DNA from: the human T2T-CHM13v2.0 reference genome, Homo sapiens
Assembly (NCBI RefSeq): GCF_009914755.1
Contig: NC_060928.1
Reading direction: 5' to 3' (one strand)
DNA length: 64,000 nt
Shown: piece after piece, positions 1 to 14,920 of the stretch
Layout: every line of letters starts with the position of its first letter
Position numbering within the stretch: position 1 is the stretch's first letter
The notes under the pieces: generated by a model
The model's database searches: none
What the model saw: only the letters and a program-made list of their open reading frames with translations
Told to the model about the DNA's origin: nothing
Position numbers and translations under genes: made by a program

Positions 1-1065
1 AGTTTTAGGGTACGTGTGCGCAACGTGCAGGTTTGTTACATATGTATACATGTGCCATGTGGGTGTGCTGCACCCATTAACTCATCATTTAACATTAGGT
101 ATATCTCCTAATGCTATCCCTCCCCCCTCCCCCCACCCCACAACAGGCTCCAGTGTGTGATGTTCCCCTTCCTGTGTCCATGTGTTCTCATTGTTCAATT
201 CCCACCTATGAGTAGAACATGCGGTGTTTGGTTTTTTGTCCTTGTGATAGTTTGCTGAGAATGATGGTTTCCAGCTTCATCCATGTCCCTACAAAGGACA
301 TGGACTCATCATTTTTTATGGTTGCATAGTATTCCATGGTGTATATGTGCCACATTTTCTTAATCCAGTCTATCATTGTTGGACATTTGGGTTGGTTCCA
401 AGTCTTTGCTATTGTGAATAGTGCCTCAGTAAACATACATGTGCATGTGTCTTTATAGCAACATGATTTATAATCCTTTGGGTATATACCCAGTAATGGG
501 ATGGCTGGATCAAATGGTATTTCTAGTTCTAGATCCCTGAGGAATCGCCACACTGACTTCCACAATGGTTGAACTAGTTTACAGTCCCACCAACAGTGTA
601 GAAGTGTTCCTATTTCTCCACATCCTCTCTAACACCTGTTGTTTCCTGACTTTTTAATGATTGCCATTCTAACTGGTGTGAGATGGTACCTCATTGTGGT
701 TTTGATTTGCATTTCTCTGATGGCCAGTGATGATAAGCATTTTTTCATGTGTTTTTTGGCTGCATAAATGTCTTCTTTTGAGAAGTGTCTGTTCATGTCC
801 TTTGCCCACTTTTTGATGGGGTTGTTTGTTTTTTTCTTGTAAATTTGTTTGAGTTCATGGGAGATTCTGGATATTAGCCCTTTGTCAGATGAGTAGATTG
901 CATAAATTTTCTCCCATTTTGTAGGTTGCCTGTTCACTCTGATGGTAGTTTCTTTTGCTGTGCAGAAGCTCTTTAGTTTAATGAGATCCCATTTGTCAAT
1001 TTTGGCTTTTGTTGCCTGGGAGTTCACTCATGATTTGGTTCTGTTTGTCTGTTGTTGGTGTATAA
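1..1065 (-). mobile_element. L1PA (approx. PA3-PA5) 3' portion, runs off left edge; carries a short upstream ORF2 fragment at its 5' end
   Basis: ORFs 206-565 and 629-1027 translate to the L1 ORF2 C-terminus ([29 protein letters not shown]); L1 3'UTR at 1-200; 1016-1065 (gggagttcactcatgatttgg) comes from further upstream in ORF2. Confidence 0.95.
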
Positions 1066-1067
1066 GA

Positions 1068-1354
<287 letters not shown>

Positions 1355-1559
1355 CCCATATGACTTTTAAACTTTATGTTTCAGATTTTTTTCATGAATA
1401 ATATATAGTTAAAATCTTTTAATTGGAGTATTTAGTATGTTTACATTATATTAATACATGTATGCATGTGTATTTAAATATATTTATTAAGTATTTCTTA
1501 TATGTCTTACCTTTTCAAGTGATTAATTTTATTTCTTTCTTGCCTTGTTTTTATCATTA

Positions 1560-2735
1560 TAATTAGAAATTTAATAATTTTAGTAATATTTTTCAAAGAA
1601 CCAGCTTTTGGTTTTTCTTGCTTTTCAAATTCAATTTAGAGAACTATTCTACTTTTTTCTATGTTAGCGTGAATGTTATATTCCTTTACTATTAGTAAAT
1701 ATTATATCATGCATACTTGATATAAATATATACTGTTACTTTGTACTGCTATTGTCGTTCTGGACAATAGAAGGACCTTTTAACTTTGGCTCCATTTATT
1801 ACACTCCCAACTTGTATACCATTGCAACTTCAGTTTTAATTATGTTTATATTTTAAAGGCTAAAACACACTGTTAATATTGTTTTATATAGTCAATGTTT
1901 ATTTAAATTTATGCATATATTTGCAATAGTTTGTTTTTTGTTCCTTACTGCCTCTCTAATCTTCAATTTTTGGTTATTTTTATTTTTTCATTTTCTTTTA
2001 TTGTATCCTGCAGGTGATAAATATTTTGTCTGGAAAATATCATTTCACACGTTTTCTTGAAGAATATTTCCACTGTGTCTAGAATTCTGAATTATTTCCT
2101 TTTGGTATGTTAAAGATATCATTCCCTTGTCATCTTTTCCTGGTGTTTTTATTGCAAAGTGAGTTGTAAAGCTATATGTTGTTCTTTTGAAAACACTCAG
2201 CTGAAAATTTAAGTTTGGCTCCTGTAAGATAATCTTTCATTTTTTTCTGGCTATTACAATTTTTATCTTTATTTTTGATTTTCAGTAGTTTTATCACAAT
2301 ATGCATAGATGTGAATTTCTTCTTTGTATCCCACTTTGGGATAAAATCCCACTTGAATCTATGATGTCATATCTTCCATTAGTTTTTAAATGTTTTTAGT
2401 TATTATCTTTTTAAATACTGCTTCTGTTCTATTTTCTCTCTTCTGCCTTCTGTGACTTCAATTATATAGGACAGATCCACTCATTGTATTCTGCATGTGT
2501 CTTTAACTCTTGTCTGCATTTTGTATAATTTTTCTCTTTTTGATTCAGTTTAGATTTTTTCTGACCCATTTCTTCTCAAACAATTCTCTTTTCATCTGTC
2601 TAGATCTACTAATCTTATTTTTAGTTTACGTATTTTTATATTATTGAAATTCCATTTGTTTTTAATAGTTTTCAGTTTTCTGCCAAAGTTTTCAATTTTT
2701 TCTTTTATTTTCTTGACATAGTAAGCTTAGATATG
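1560..2735. mobile_element. Ancient L1M fragments
   Basis: T-rich degenerate sequence with L1M-like words (ttttcaaagaaccagcttttgg); boundaries approximate. Confidence 0.5.
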
Positions 2736-2751
2736 TAAAGTATGTGCCTGA

Positions 2752-3408
2752 CAATTATTAAAAAGTCAAGAAACAACAGATGCTGGCGAGGCTGTGGAGA
2801 AATAGGAACACTTTTACATTGTTGGTGGGAATATAAATTAGGTCAACCATTGTAGAAAACAGTGTGGCAATTCCTCAAAGACCTAGAACCAGAAATATCA
2901 TTGTACCCAAAGGAATATAAAACATTCTGTTATAAAGATACATGCACGTTTATTGTGAAGCACTGTTCACCATAGCAAAGACACGTTATCAATCCAAATG
3001 CCCATCAATGATAGACTGGATACAGAAAATGTGGTACATATACACCATGGAATACTTTGTAGCCATAAAATGAAAGCAATTATGTCCTTTCAGGGACATG
3101 GATGGAGCTGGAAGCCATTATCCTCAGCAAACTAATGCAGGAACAGAAAACCCAACCCTTCATGTTCTCACTTATAAGTGGGAGCTGAACAATGAGAACA
3201 CATGGACACAGGGAGGGGAGCAACACACACTGTGGCCTGTTGGGGGTGGAGTGAGGGGAGGGAGAGCATCCGGAAAAATAGCTAATACATGTTGGGCTTA
3301 ATACCTAGGTGATGGGTTGATAGGTGCAGCAAACCACCATGATACACGTTTACCTATATGACAAACCTGCACATCCTGCACATGTATCTCAGAACTTAAA
3401 ATAAAATA
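2752..3408 (+). mobile_element. 5'-truncated older L1PA 3' end
   Basis: ORF2 end plus 3'UTR; 16-bp TSD taaag(t/c)atgtgcctga at 2736-2751 and 3409-3424. Confidence 0.93.
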
Positions 3409-4049
3409 TAAAGCATGTGCCTGAAGATTGTTAACATCTGGAGCCCCTGTGGGTTCGTTTCAGATTTTTTTGTGTGTCATTTCTCTTGGTTTCGGTTCAA
3501 ATTACATAATATCTTGCAGGCATATTGCCTTAATTTTGTGGGTTATTTTAAATTTTGTGCCAGATAACGTATTTGCAAAATTGTACAACTATCTTAATGA
3601 CTAGGATGAAATTTTCTTTCTTCACAAAGGATTTCTGTTTGCTTTTCCTAAGCACATAGAATGTTATCAATCAGGATACTTTAATATGATTTTATAATCA
3701 GACATGCAGCAAGAACTTGAATATTTATAGGTTACTCAGATGATGGAATTTTCACAGAGACCCTCTTGATTGATTTTAGATTTCAGTATCAGTTCTGCCA
3801 GTCCACGAGTCTCTGTCAAAATTCTGCTTAGCCTCTCAACTATTCCATGAGAAGGGAATTGCTTTCCAGGGTCTCCATACCTGATTCTGAGCCAAGTAAT
3901 CCCTCACTATTTCTATTAGCTTTCCAATGCTTTCAAAGAAATTAAAGAAATATTTTGTCTAGTTTTCTAGTTGATTCACTTAGCCCAAAAGTGCTAATGT
4001 AACATCATTGGAAGGAAAAGCCCCACTCATTGTTCTTCCATTTACTTTT

Positions 4050-4980
4050 TGAGCAGTTTGTAAAGTTCTTTGAAATTGCCTGTCAATATTTTGACAGAAT
4101 TATATTAAATTCCTGAATTGATTTTTAGAGAGTTAACATTTTCATATTTAATCTTTCAATCCACTTACAAAATATCTCTCCATTTATTTGGGTCATTACT
4201 TACAACCCTCACAATAGTTAAAAAATATTCTAATGGTTTTTCTGCATCTATTAATATCATATTTTTTCTTTTTAAATCTGTTGATGTGGTAAATTACATT
4301 AATATTTGTTAAAAATGTTGGGCCATCCTTCCATTGCCTATGCATTGCTTAATCAGTTTGCTAATATTTTACTTAAAATTTTTTCTATTTGTCACATATA
4401 CAACAACAATCTAAGTGAGATTAGCATGTAATTTTATTTCTTATACTGCTTTGTATGGCTTTACTTTCAAGGTTGTATTAGCTCCATAACGTAATTAGGG
4501 AATATTCCCCACTTTTAAATTCTTTGCTAGAAATTTTAAATATTGAAATTATCCATTTCTTGATTTTCTGATCTAATTCACCAATAAAACATTCTGAGAA
4601 TATTAGTTTGCATGTATGTGGTGGGGAAGAGGTGGAGTAGGGTAGGAATAGTATTTCAGCTATAAATTTAACTTCTTTTATGTTTTAGTGAGTTATATTT
4701 TTTAAAATTTTCTGTTTTGTGAAAGCTTTCAAATAAGCTGGCATAATGTTGTTCATAGTATTCTTTGTTTTTTCTCTCTGTAGTCAAGTCCCTTTTTCAT
4801 TTCTAATATTATTTAGTTAGAATTTTCTTTTTCTTGATTAATTGTGTCATGGGTTATTTTTTAGTTTTTATCAGTTGTTTTAAAGAGCCAGCCTTTAGTG
4901 TTGTTGATTATTGTATCACTCTTTAAACATTATCTCATAGAATTCTTGGTATTTTAACTTTTTATTCTTTATAGTTTCAA
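4050..4980 (-). mobile_element. Ancient L1M ORF2 fragments
   Basis: Degenerate antisense L1 ORF2 words (ttttctgcatctatt, ttgctaatattttact, ttaaagagccagcct). Confidence 0.55.
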
Positions 4981-5147
4981 AAAAAGTCTAATGGGCACTT
5001 AAACATCATTTGCTTTCTCACTTAGTTGCTTTGATTTTGAAACCCACATGCGCTTTTAGAATGGTCCTCAGACTTGGTGTTTAAAGCCCACAGTGTAAAT
5101 CATGACTTTTATTAATATTCCAATTGCTCTCTCTTTTAGCTCCTAAA

Positions 5148-5330
5148 TGCAGTATTTCTCAAAGTATGGTTCCTGGACAGTCTATCAGAATCATCAGGAG
5201 CACTTGTTACAAATTTAGTTTGTCTCTGCCCTAGACCTATATCAGAATCTGTTGGTGGAGTCTGTGAGGTCAACCTTGAGTTCATTTCCACAGGTGGTTC
5301 TTGTGGACACATTGCAGTTTAGAACATCAG
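5148..5330. mobile_element. MER5-type hAT-Charlie DNA transposon
   Basis: cagtatttctcaaagtatggtt...tcagaatcatcaggag...gtttagaacatcag termini. Confidence 0.7.
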
Positions 5331-5609
5331 ATCTCCTCATATTTTTATTCTAGTTCTCAATCCTTTCCTTATGAGGGAATAGAGAGGAACCTTTACAATT
5401 CTTTGAGAGCACAAAACTCAATCACAAGTTTTCATTTGCATCTCTCAGATCAAGTAGAAGAATGGCCTCCTCAAATAGCAGATTTTTATTCAGCCAAAAT
5501 TCATAATGTGGACCATTAAATCTATTTTACATGCATCTGTAATTAATTAATATGTCTTTTCCACATTAGAATGATTTTTGAGATCTTTTTGGACAGAAAA
5601 AAAATGCCC

Positions 5610-8600
5610 ACTTAAAAAATTACTTATTATAAAAAAATTCAACTTAAGTAATTTGAAAGTGTAATACAATAAACTACTGTATACTTTTCCCTTAGCTTAT
5701 CAATTTTTATAATTTTTCTTCTTTTGCTTTATTGTTTTCCCTTTCCACACACACATATTATTATTATTGTTATGTTTTTGCTAAACAACTTTAGAATATG
5801 TTTCAGATGACATTTCCCTTCATCTTTAAAAACTTCCACCTGTCCTCAGAAATGACGAAGTTCTTTTACATAAACACAGTAAAAATGATCAAATTCAGGA
5901 AATTTAATTTTGAAGCAGTGCTAATGTTTAACATAGTCACATTTATTAGTTACACAAATAATATCTTAATTTCCCAAATTCAAGATCCAGTTCAGGATCT
6001 CACATTGCATTCAGTGATTAGATCTCCTCAGCCTCTTTTAATCTGATTCAGGACTCAGATTTTCTTTGTCTCTTTGTCACAACACTTATTATTTTCTTTC
6101 TTAAGGATGAAGGCCAGTTATTCTGTAAAATGTTCTTCAGTTGAGGTTTGTCTGATTGCTTCCTCATGATTAAGTTATGCATTTTTTCAGTGATAGGACA
6201 CAAGTGATGTTATGTCCCTCTCGTGTATTTCATCAAGGGCAAATAGTGTCAGTTTGCTCCATTATTGGTGATGTTAATTTTGATTGCTTGGGTTTACATG
6301 GTGTTCATTAATTTTTCCACTGTATAGTTATGATTTTCCCTTTTCAATATAATAACTGATCTGTGGAGAGTTAATCTAAGACTGTGTAGTATTCTATTTC
6401 CCATCAAGCTTTCACTCAGTGGCTTTAGCATCTATTTGTGGTTCTTGTCTGAATCAACTATTGCTATGATGTTTGTAAAATAATGTTTTCTAACTACATG
6501 AGTTTTTCTACACTTGTTAGTTGGCATTTTATTATAAAGAAGTTTCCCTTATACCATCTTAAGTAATTATTATAGCAATATGGTCTTAGGTATTTTTTCT
6601 AATTAAATTGGTTATAATTAATTATGATCACTATTCACTTTTATGCTCAAATTATCCCACATTTGGCCAATGGGAGCTCCTTTGAGCTGGCTCTTTTTTT
6701 ATGTTTCCATAGTTTTTCAGGACTTTCTTACTTTTTGGCACAAAAAGATACTTTTGGAATGTCATGTTCTAAGGAATCTTGATTCTTTTCAGTAGGGAAT
6801 GATATTTAGAAACCAAGATCTGGATACCAGATATGCTCATGGCTATTGCAATATCATTTTTAGATCAACCCCTGCCCTTTTTTTATTTTTTGCAGAGAGG
6901 GCTAGGATATATATCTCTCTTTTTATTTCTGCTTCTTTCTCTGTTTCTTTCTCTCTCTCTCTCATCTTGATACTTTGAATTCCAATCCAACAGTACAAGC
7001 TTATTCACTACCTTTACATATTACTTATTTGTATAATATGTCTTTTCTCCCACACTCAAAGCCCTGACTCCACAAAATATCAATTTATTTATTCTATTTA
7101 CTCAATTGCTTAATTATACAATATAGATTAAGCAATCTTAGAAGACTTCTTCCTTACCTCCACTGACATCAAATTTACTAAGTAGATTTCAATATTTTTT
7201 TAATCATTCTTTTTGTTTTTTAGACTGAGAGGATACAGGCGAATTTATTTGCTCAAATGTTATTGGGACTTTTTTTTTCTTCTACTTTGGTGTGGTTGTT
7301 ATTCATCTAAGTAGAACTGGTATTAATTTTTGAATGAATAAAGTTTACATTTGTTTTTTGATACTTTGTTATTCTTATTGATTTAAATATATTTTTGAAT
7401 ATATAAAACACCAGTATAGTTCCAAATATCAACACTATACCAAAAGAACTACTCATAAAAGTTACACCTTTCTTTTCATCGCTTTTACCTTGTTCTTGAC
7501 ATCCTCTCTTACTTGCTGCCCACACACACTACTGACCAATTTGTTTTTGTTTTTGTTTCTCTTTCCTTTTATTTTTGAAAAATGAGTGTGTGTGTGCATG
7601 TATGTATAAAATTTCCCCCACCTTTCTTATACAAAAGACAGCACATCTCATATACTTTATATCCTTTTATTTGCTATATGTCCTTCCCCCACTCAACAAT
7701 ATAGCTAGCAAATCACTTCCCATAAGCTCATAGAAATCATACTCTTTTTGCATTGTGTGGTTTTATCATAGTCTATTTAATAATCTCTCTATATAGACAT
7801 TTAGCTTATTTCCACGTTTCAAAATTACAGACAAGGATACAATGAATAACTTTTTAGATACATAGTTTTGCAATGTTGGAGGTGTGTCTTCTAGTTAACT
7901 TCCTAGAAGTCTAATTGCTGAATTATAAGGTAAATGCATATGCAGTTTTCATGAATATCATGAAACTTCCCTTCCCACATTGTACCATTCTGCATTCCCA
8001 CTAGCAATATATTAGAATGTCCATTTCCCCATAGCTTCATCAACAAAGTATATTCAAGATTTTGAATGTTTCCCAATCTGACAGGTGAGAAATATCAGCA
8101 TAGTTTTAATTTTCCTTTCTTTAAAAAATATGTGAGGTGGAACATCTTTTCATATGTCTATGAGCCATTTCTATATTTTTTGTGTGAATTGTTTACTTGT
8201 GTATTTCGGCCACTTTTCCATCAGGTGCTGGGTCTTTCCCTGGATTGTAAGGGTTCTGTGTTTATTAGGGACAGTAGCTTCTTTTTCCATTTTATATATT
8301 ACAAATATATATTTTCCCTGTTTCTTATTTGCCTTTTGATTTTGCTTATGTTATTTCATTAAAATTTTATGTATTAAAATTTATCATTGTTTACCTTTAT
8401 GGACTCTGGATTTTAAGTCATAAGTTAGCTTTTCCCCACCTGCTTTCTTTTAGTATATGTATAGTTTCATTATATATATTTACATCTCTTATCCATTGGA
8501 GTTTATTTTTGTGTATGGTGTGAGATAATAGATCCTACTTTATCTTTTTTCAAATAGATATTTTGTAGTACCAAAATAATTTATAAAAAGTTTTTTATTT

Positions 8601-8890
8601 CCATGACTTGAGATGTTACTTATATTATGTAGTAAATGTATTTGAGCCTATTTTTGAACTTTCTATTCTGTTTTCTTGTCTAATTATTCATGTGCTAGGG
8701 CCTTACTGTTTAATTTATGATATATTTAGTATCTCATATGTCTACTTCCTCTGATAGCTCTATTTTTAATTATTTTTGTAGTTATTCTTGCATGTCTATT
8801 CTTGCATATTTTATTTTGAATATGAACTTTTGTATAGACTTGTAAAAAATATTGTTCATATTTTTATTGGTATTGCTTTGCATTCACGAT
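5610..8890 (-). mobile_element. Old L1MC/L1ME 3' region fragments
   Basis: Degenerate L1M 3'UTR and ORF2-end motifs (caagatccagttcaggatctcacattgcatt; tgcattcccactagcaat; ttttgtgtatggtgtgag). Confidence 0.65.
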
Positions 8891-9092
8891 TGACTTAAGG
8901 CCACCTCGATTTTTAATTATTGTGAAATTTCTGGTATCTGACATTTCCAGACATAAAACAGACATCTGACAAAAATCTATGGTTTGAACAAATGAATGAA
9001 TAAATGAGCACTTTTGTGGTTGATGGCTTTTATAACTTGACTCAAAAGGACATGTCTTTACATATATTTTTTCAATCAAAAGTTTAAAAAGT

Positions 9093-12000
9093 TTGTTGGG
9101 ATAGTTTCAGTATAAATGGTACTGGCTCTTCTTTGTACCTCTGGTAGATTCAGCTGTAAATCTTTCTGGTCCTGAGCTGTTTTTTTTTTTTTTTTTTTTT
9201 TTTTGGTGGTTAGGCTAATTATTACTGCCTCAATTTCAGAATGCATTATTGACTTATTCACAGATTCAATTTCTTTCTGGTTCAGTCTTGGGAAGGTGTA
9301 TGTATGTAGGAATTTATCCATTTCTTCTAGATTTTCTAGTTTATATGCATAGAGGTGTTTATAGTATTCTCTGAGGGTTGTTTGTATTTCTGTGGGGTAA
9401 GTGGTGATAACTCCCTTATCATTTTTGATTGTGTTTGATTCTTCTCTCTTTTCTTCTTTATTAGCCTAGCTAGCAGTCTATCTATTTTATTAAGTTTTTC
9501 AAAAAACCAGCTCCTGGATTCATTCATTTTTGAAGAGTTTTTCCTGTCTCTATCGCCTTCAGTTCAGTTCTGATCTTGGTTATTTTTTGTCTCTGCTAGC
9601 TTTGGGGTTTGTTTGGGGTTTGGTTCTCTAGTTCTTTTAGTTGAATTGTTAGGTTGTTGATTTGGGATCTTCCTAGCTTTTTGATGTGGACATAAATTTA
9701 CCTGTTAACACTATTTTAGCTGTATCCCAGAGATTCTGGTACATTGTAGCTTTGTTCTCATTAGTTTCAAAGAACGTCTTGATTTCTACCTTAATTTTAT
9801 TATTTACCCAGGAGCCATTCAGGATCAGGTTGTTCAATTTCCATGTAGTTGTGTGATTTTGAGTGAATTTCTTAATCTTGAGTTCTAATTGGATTGTGCT
9901 GTGGTCTGAGAGACTGCTTGTTATGATTTCAGTTCCTTTGCATTTGCTGAGGAGTGTTTTCTGATTATGTGATCAATTTTAGAGGACTCTAACTCATTCT
10001 ATGAGGCCAGCATCATCCTGATACCAAAACCTGGAAGAGATACAACAAAAAAAGAAAACTTCAGGCCAATATCCTTGATGAACATTGATGTGAATATCCT
10101 TAATAAAATACTGGCAAACCAAATCCAGCAGCACATCAAAAAGCTTATCCACCGTGATAGAGTTGGCTTCATCCCTGGGATGCAAGTTTGGTTCAGCATA
10201 TGCAAATCAATAAATGTAATTCCTCACATAAACAGAACTGAAGACAAAAACCATGTGATTATCTCAATAGCTGTAGAAAAGGTCTTTGGTAAAATTCAAC
10301 ATCCCTTCATGTTAAAAACTTTCAATAAACAAGGTATTGGAGGAACATACCTGAAAACAATAAGAGCCGTATATTACAAACCCACAGCCAACATCATACT
10401 GAATGGTCAAAAGCTGGAAGCATTCCCCTTGAAAACTGGCATAAGACAAAGATTTCTTCTCTCACCACTCCTATTCAATATAGTATTGAACGTTCTGGCC
10501 AAGAAAATCAGTGAAGAGAAATAAATAAAGAGTATTGAAATAAGAAGTCAAGCCATCCTTTTTTGCAGAAGACATGATCCTATATCTACAAAACCCCCAT
10601 AATCTCAGCCCAAATGCTTCTTAAGCTGATAAGCACATTCAGCAAAGTCTGATACAAAATCAATGTGAAAAATTCTCTACCATTCCTATATACCAACAAC
10701 AGGCAAGCATAGAGCCAAATTATGAATGAACTCCTATTCACAATTGCTACAAAAAGAATAAAACACCTAGGAATACAGCTAACAAAGGAAGTGAAGGACC
10801 TCTTCAAGGAGAACTACAAACCACTGCTCAAAGAAACCAGAGAGGACACAAACAAATGGAAAAATGTTACATGCTCATGGATGGGAAGAAACAATGTGAA
10901 AATGACCATACTGCCCAAAATAACTTATAGATTCAATGCTATTCCCATGAACCTACCATTGACATTCTTCACAGAACTAGAAAAACTATTTCAAAATTCT
11001 TACACAACCAAAAAAGAGCCTGAATAGCCAAAACAGTCCTAAGCAAAAAGTACGAAGCTGGAGGCATCACGCTACCCAACTTCAAACCATATTGCAAGGC
11101 TACTTTAACCAAAACAGCATGGTACTGGTACAAGAACAGACACACAGACCAATGGAAAAGAATAGAGAACTCAGAAATAAGACTACACACCTACAACCAT
11201 CTCATCTTTCACAAACCTGATAAAAACAAACAATGGGGAAAAGATTTCCTATTTAATAAATAGTTCTGGGAGAACTGGCTAGCCATATGCAGAAAATTGA
11301 AACTGGACCCCTTCCTTACACCATATACAAAAATTAACTCAAGATGGATTAAAGACTTAAATATAAAACCTAAAACTATAAAAATCCTAGAAGAAACTCT
11401 AAGCAATACCATTCAGGACATAGGCACAGGTAAAGATTTCATGATGAAAATGACAAAAGCAATGGCAACAAAAGCCAAAATTGACAAATGGGATCTAATT
11501 AAACTAAAAAGCTTCTGCACAGCAAAGGAAACTATCATCAGGGTGAACAGCCAACTTATAGAATGGGAGAAAAATTTTGCAGTCTATCCAATCTGACAAA
11601 GGCCTAATATCCAGAGTTTACAAGGAACTTAAATAATACAACAAAAAAAACAAACAGCCACATTAAAGAGTGGGCAAAGGACATAAACAGACACTTCTCA
11701 AAAGAAGACATACATGCAGCCAACAAACATATGAATAAAAGCTCAGCATCACTGATGATTAGAGAAATGCAAATCAAAACCACAAGGAGATACCATCTCA
11801 CTTCAGGCAGAATGGCCATTATTAAAAAGTCAAAAAACAACAAATGCTGGTGAATTTGTAGAGAAAAAGGGACACTTTTACACTGTTGATGGGAGTGTAA
11901 ATTAGTTCAACCTTTGTGGAAGACAGTGTAGCAATTCCTCAAAGACCTAGAGGCAGAAACACCATTTTACCCAGCAATCCTATTTCTAGGTATATACCCA

Positions 12001-12508
12001 AAGGAATAGAAATCATTCTATTATAAAGATACATGCACACGTATGTTCATTGCAACACTATTCACAATAGCAAAGATGTGGAATCCACCTAAATGCCCAT
12101 CAATGATAGACTGGATAAAGAAAATGTGGTACATATACACCATGGAACACTATGCAGCCATAAAAAGGAATGATATCACGTCCTTTGCAGGGACATGGAT
12201 GGAGCTGGAAGCCATTATCCTCAGCAAACTAACACAGGAACAGAAAACCCAACACTGCATGTTCTCACTTATAAATGGGAGCTGAACAATGAGAATACAT
12301 GGACACTGGGATGGGAGGGGAACAACACACACTGGGGCCTGTCGGAGCAGGGGTTGTGGGGAGGGAGAGCATCAGGAAGAATAGCTAATGGATGCTGAGC
12401 TTAATACCTAGATGATGGGATGATCTGTTCAGCAAACCTGTGTATGTTTACCTATGTAACAAACCTGCACATCCTGCACATCTCCCTGAACTTAAAAGTT
12501 GAAGAAAA
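9093..12508 (+). mobile_element. 5'-inverted L1PA (approx. PA8-PA10); 9093-9984 inverted, 9985-12508 sense
   Basis: ORF2 RT peptides ([21 protein letters not shown]; [19 protein letters not shown]); 15-bp TSD aaaagtttaaaaagt at 9078-9092 and 12509-12523. Confidence 0.95.
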
Positions 12509-12904
12509 AAAAGTTTAAAAAGTACATTCTCATAAACAATCAATCACAATGTTAACAAATGTATTTTTATCTTAAAAAGTTCTTCATATAGAATTACTAA
12601 AAAAAAAGAAAACAAACTACTCCTGTGATGACTTTGAATATATTAACAAAGGCATCCTTTCCTCAAAACCTTTGCTATCATTTGATGGAAAATTATCATA
12701 ATATTCTAATTTTTTAATAGGATAACTTTATTATTTAAATACATATAGAAATATGTGAGATCTGTCATGTGAATAGTTCCCTTAGGTTTGTGCTGTGTAC
12801 TACATGCACAATTGAACAGGGCTGTCTTATGGAATAATGTTTAAAACAGATTTGAGGTAGGCTAATGACATGAGCAATAATAAAAGTGTTGTCATTGTTA
12901 ATAC

Positions 12905-13330
12905 ACTAGATAAAGAAAATGTGGTACATATACACCATGAAATACTATGCAGCCATAAAAAGAAATGAGATCATGTCCTTTGCAAGAACCCGGATGGAAT
13001 TGGAAGCCGTTATCCTTAGCAAACTAATGCAGGAACAGAAAACCAAATGCTGCCTGGTCTCACTTATAAGTGGGAGATGAATGATGAGAATGTGTGGACA
13101 CATGGCAGGGAACAACACACTCTGGGGCCTGTCAGAGGGTGGGAGTTGCAGGGAGGGAGAGTATCAGGAAAAATAGCTAATGGATGCTGAGCTTAGTACC
13201 TAGGCGATGGAATGATCTGTACAGCAAACTGCCATGGCACACATTTACCTATGGAACAAACCTGCACATCCTGCCCATGTACCCCTGAACTTAAAATAAA
13301 ATTTGGAAATAAAAAAACTTAAATTAAAAT
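12905..13330 (+). mobile_element. L1PA 3' end
   Basis: aaagaaaatgtggtacatatacaccatg ... cccctgaacttaaaataaaa; diverged TSD-like aaaa(g/a)tgtt(g)tcattgt on both sides. Confidence 0.9.
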
Positions 13331-14134
13331 TTAAAAATGTTTCATTGTCATGTGAAGATGATAAGCCTAATCACTAAGAGTAGGTCAATTGTTCAGAAGT
13401 TTCTATTTAAGGTTTTCAACTATCTTATATGTACTTTCTCTTTTGGAGAAGGTTTATTTATATCCTCTTCTGTGCATGCACACAGGCATACAATTCCTTT
13501 CATCGTAAGAAATCCCAGTAAGCTTTTCAATTTCTTTGTGCCTCTTTCACTGCTGAAATGCAGCTGCCTCAGCTATGGAAGATAACAGCCAACTGGCACA
13601 TAACAGGAAGTACAACAGTTGGCTGAAAGGAAATTTTGCTAATGACACCAACAATGTGAGTCAATTTTCTTGTGAAAAACTGCACGATTAAATTTTTGAT
13701 GGAGAAATGGCAAACTTTCAATCATGACTTAACATATGTATTAGTCTTTCTTATATATATTTTACTACCAATATTACTTTTTTGCGCAGAAGGGAATAGG
13801 GGAAACAACCCACCAAGAAAAGGTAAAACCTATAAGCATTGACTGCCAAACCTTTTTGTTCATGTGTATGAATATAAGCTATTGTCATTTGCTGTGTCAG
13901 GTGACCGATTAAGAATCTCCCTGTATTTACAGGAAGTTTTCCTTACTCTTTATTCTGGGTATAGTTAACAGTTATGAGGTTTGGGAGCCAATGACTAATA
14001 TAGCTACCAAAGCATGTTTCTTGCTTGCATCATAAACTCTATGGAAGATGTAAGGAATCGTAATATAGATGTGCTCACTGTCCTTTGTTTGGATAAGCTC
14101 CTGTGAGCTTTCATAAGGCACCTAACTCAGCAGG

Positions 14135-14330
14135 AGGCTGTCTAGTGCAGCGGATGGGGGCAACAAGTTTGTTGTCAGATAGACCTGGTTCATGTCTTGG
14201 CTCTGCTGAATTATTTTTACAAGTTAACCCCTCTAAGTATTAATTTTCTCATTAATACAATGGGATGTAGATGTAATAAGAACAATACACCTGTCATGAA
14301 AATATTTTGAGGATTAGAATAGGGAATGAA
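14135..14330 (+). mobile_element. MIR
   Basis: gtcagatagacctggttc...ggctctgc...caagttaacccctctaag core. Confidence 0.6.
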
Positions 14331-14734
14331 TAGCATTTCTGCTACCTATTATATTCCTTAAGTAAGATAAATCAGGAAAATTTTCCCATTTATTTGTTAC
14401 AAATGTAAACCGGCCAGACAAGGTTGAGAAAGTTAATGGAGTAATACATTTGTTCTAAGTCTATATGTCATCTCAATTCTGCAGAGGAAACGAGAGTCTA
14501 AAATGTAAAATTCAGTTAATTAACTGCCTAGAGACAATGGGTCACCATAGATTTTCAAGATATGTTAGGAGAGTCACTATGGTGCCTTCTAAATGGGAGC
14601 CAAAGATCCTCTTGTAAAAACGTCTTGCAGGATCTTTATGGGACAGAAAAAAAGCATTGTGCAAGTTTGAAGGTGTTAAGAGTCAGTAAAAATTATGGCA
14701 AAAATATCCACTGTTGATAAATCTATATTCCTCA

Positions 14735-14920
14735 GAGAAAATTTCTGTAATAATAGAAGTATTCCATTTCTGTGCTAATACGGTAGCCACTAGCCACATG
14801 TGACTATTGAGCACTTTATATGTGTCTAGCATCATGGAGAACTAAGTTTTTAATATTATTTAATGTTAGTTACCTTAAGTAGCCACAGGTGACTAGTAGC
14901 TACCACATTGGAGAGCACAG
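14735..14920. mobile_element. MER3/MER33-type hAT-Charlie DNA transposon
   Basis: ggtagccactagccacatgtgactattgagcactt ... tagccacaggtgactagtagctaccacattggagagcacag. Confidence 0.75.
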
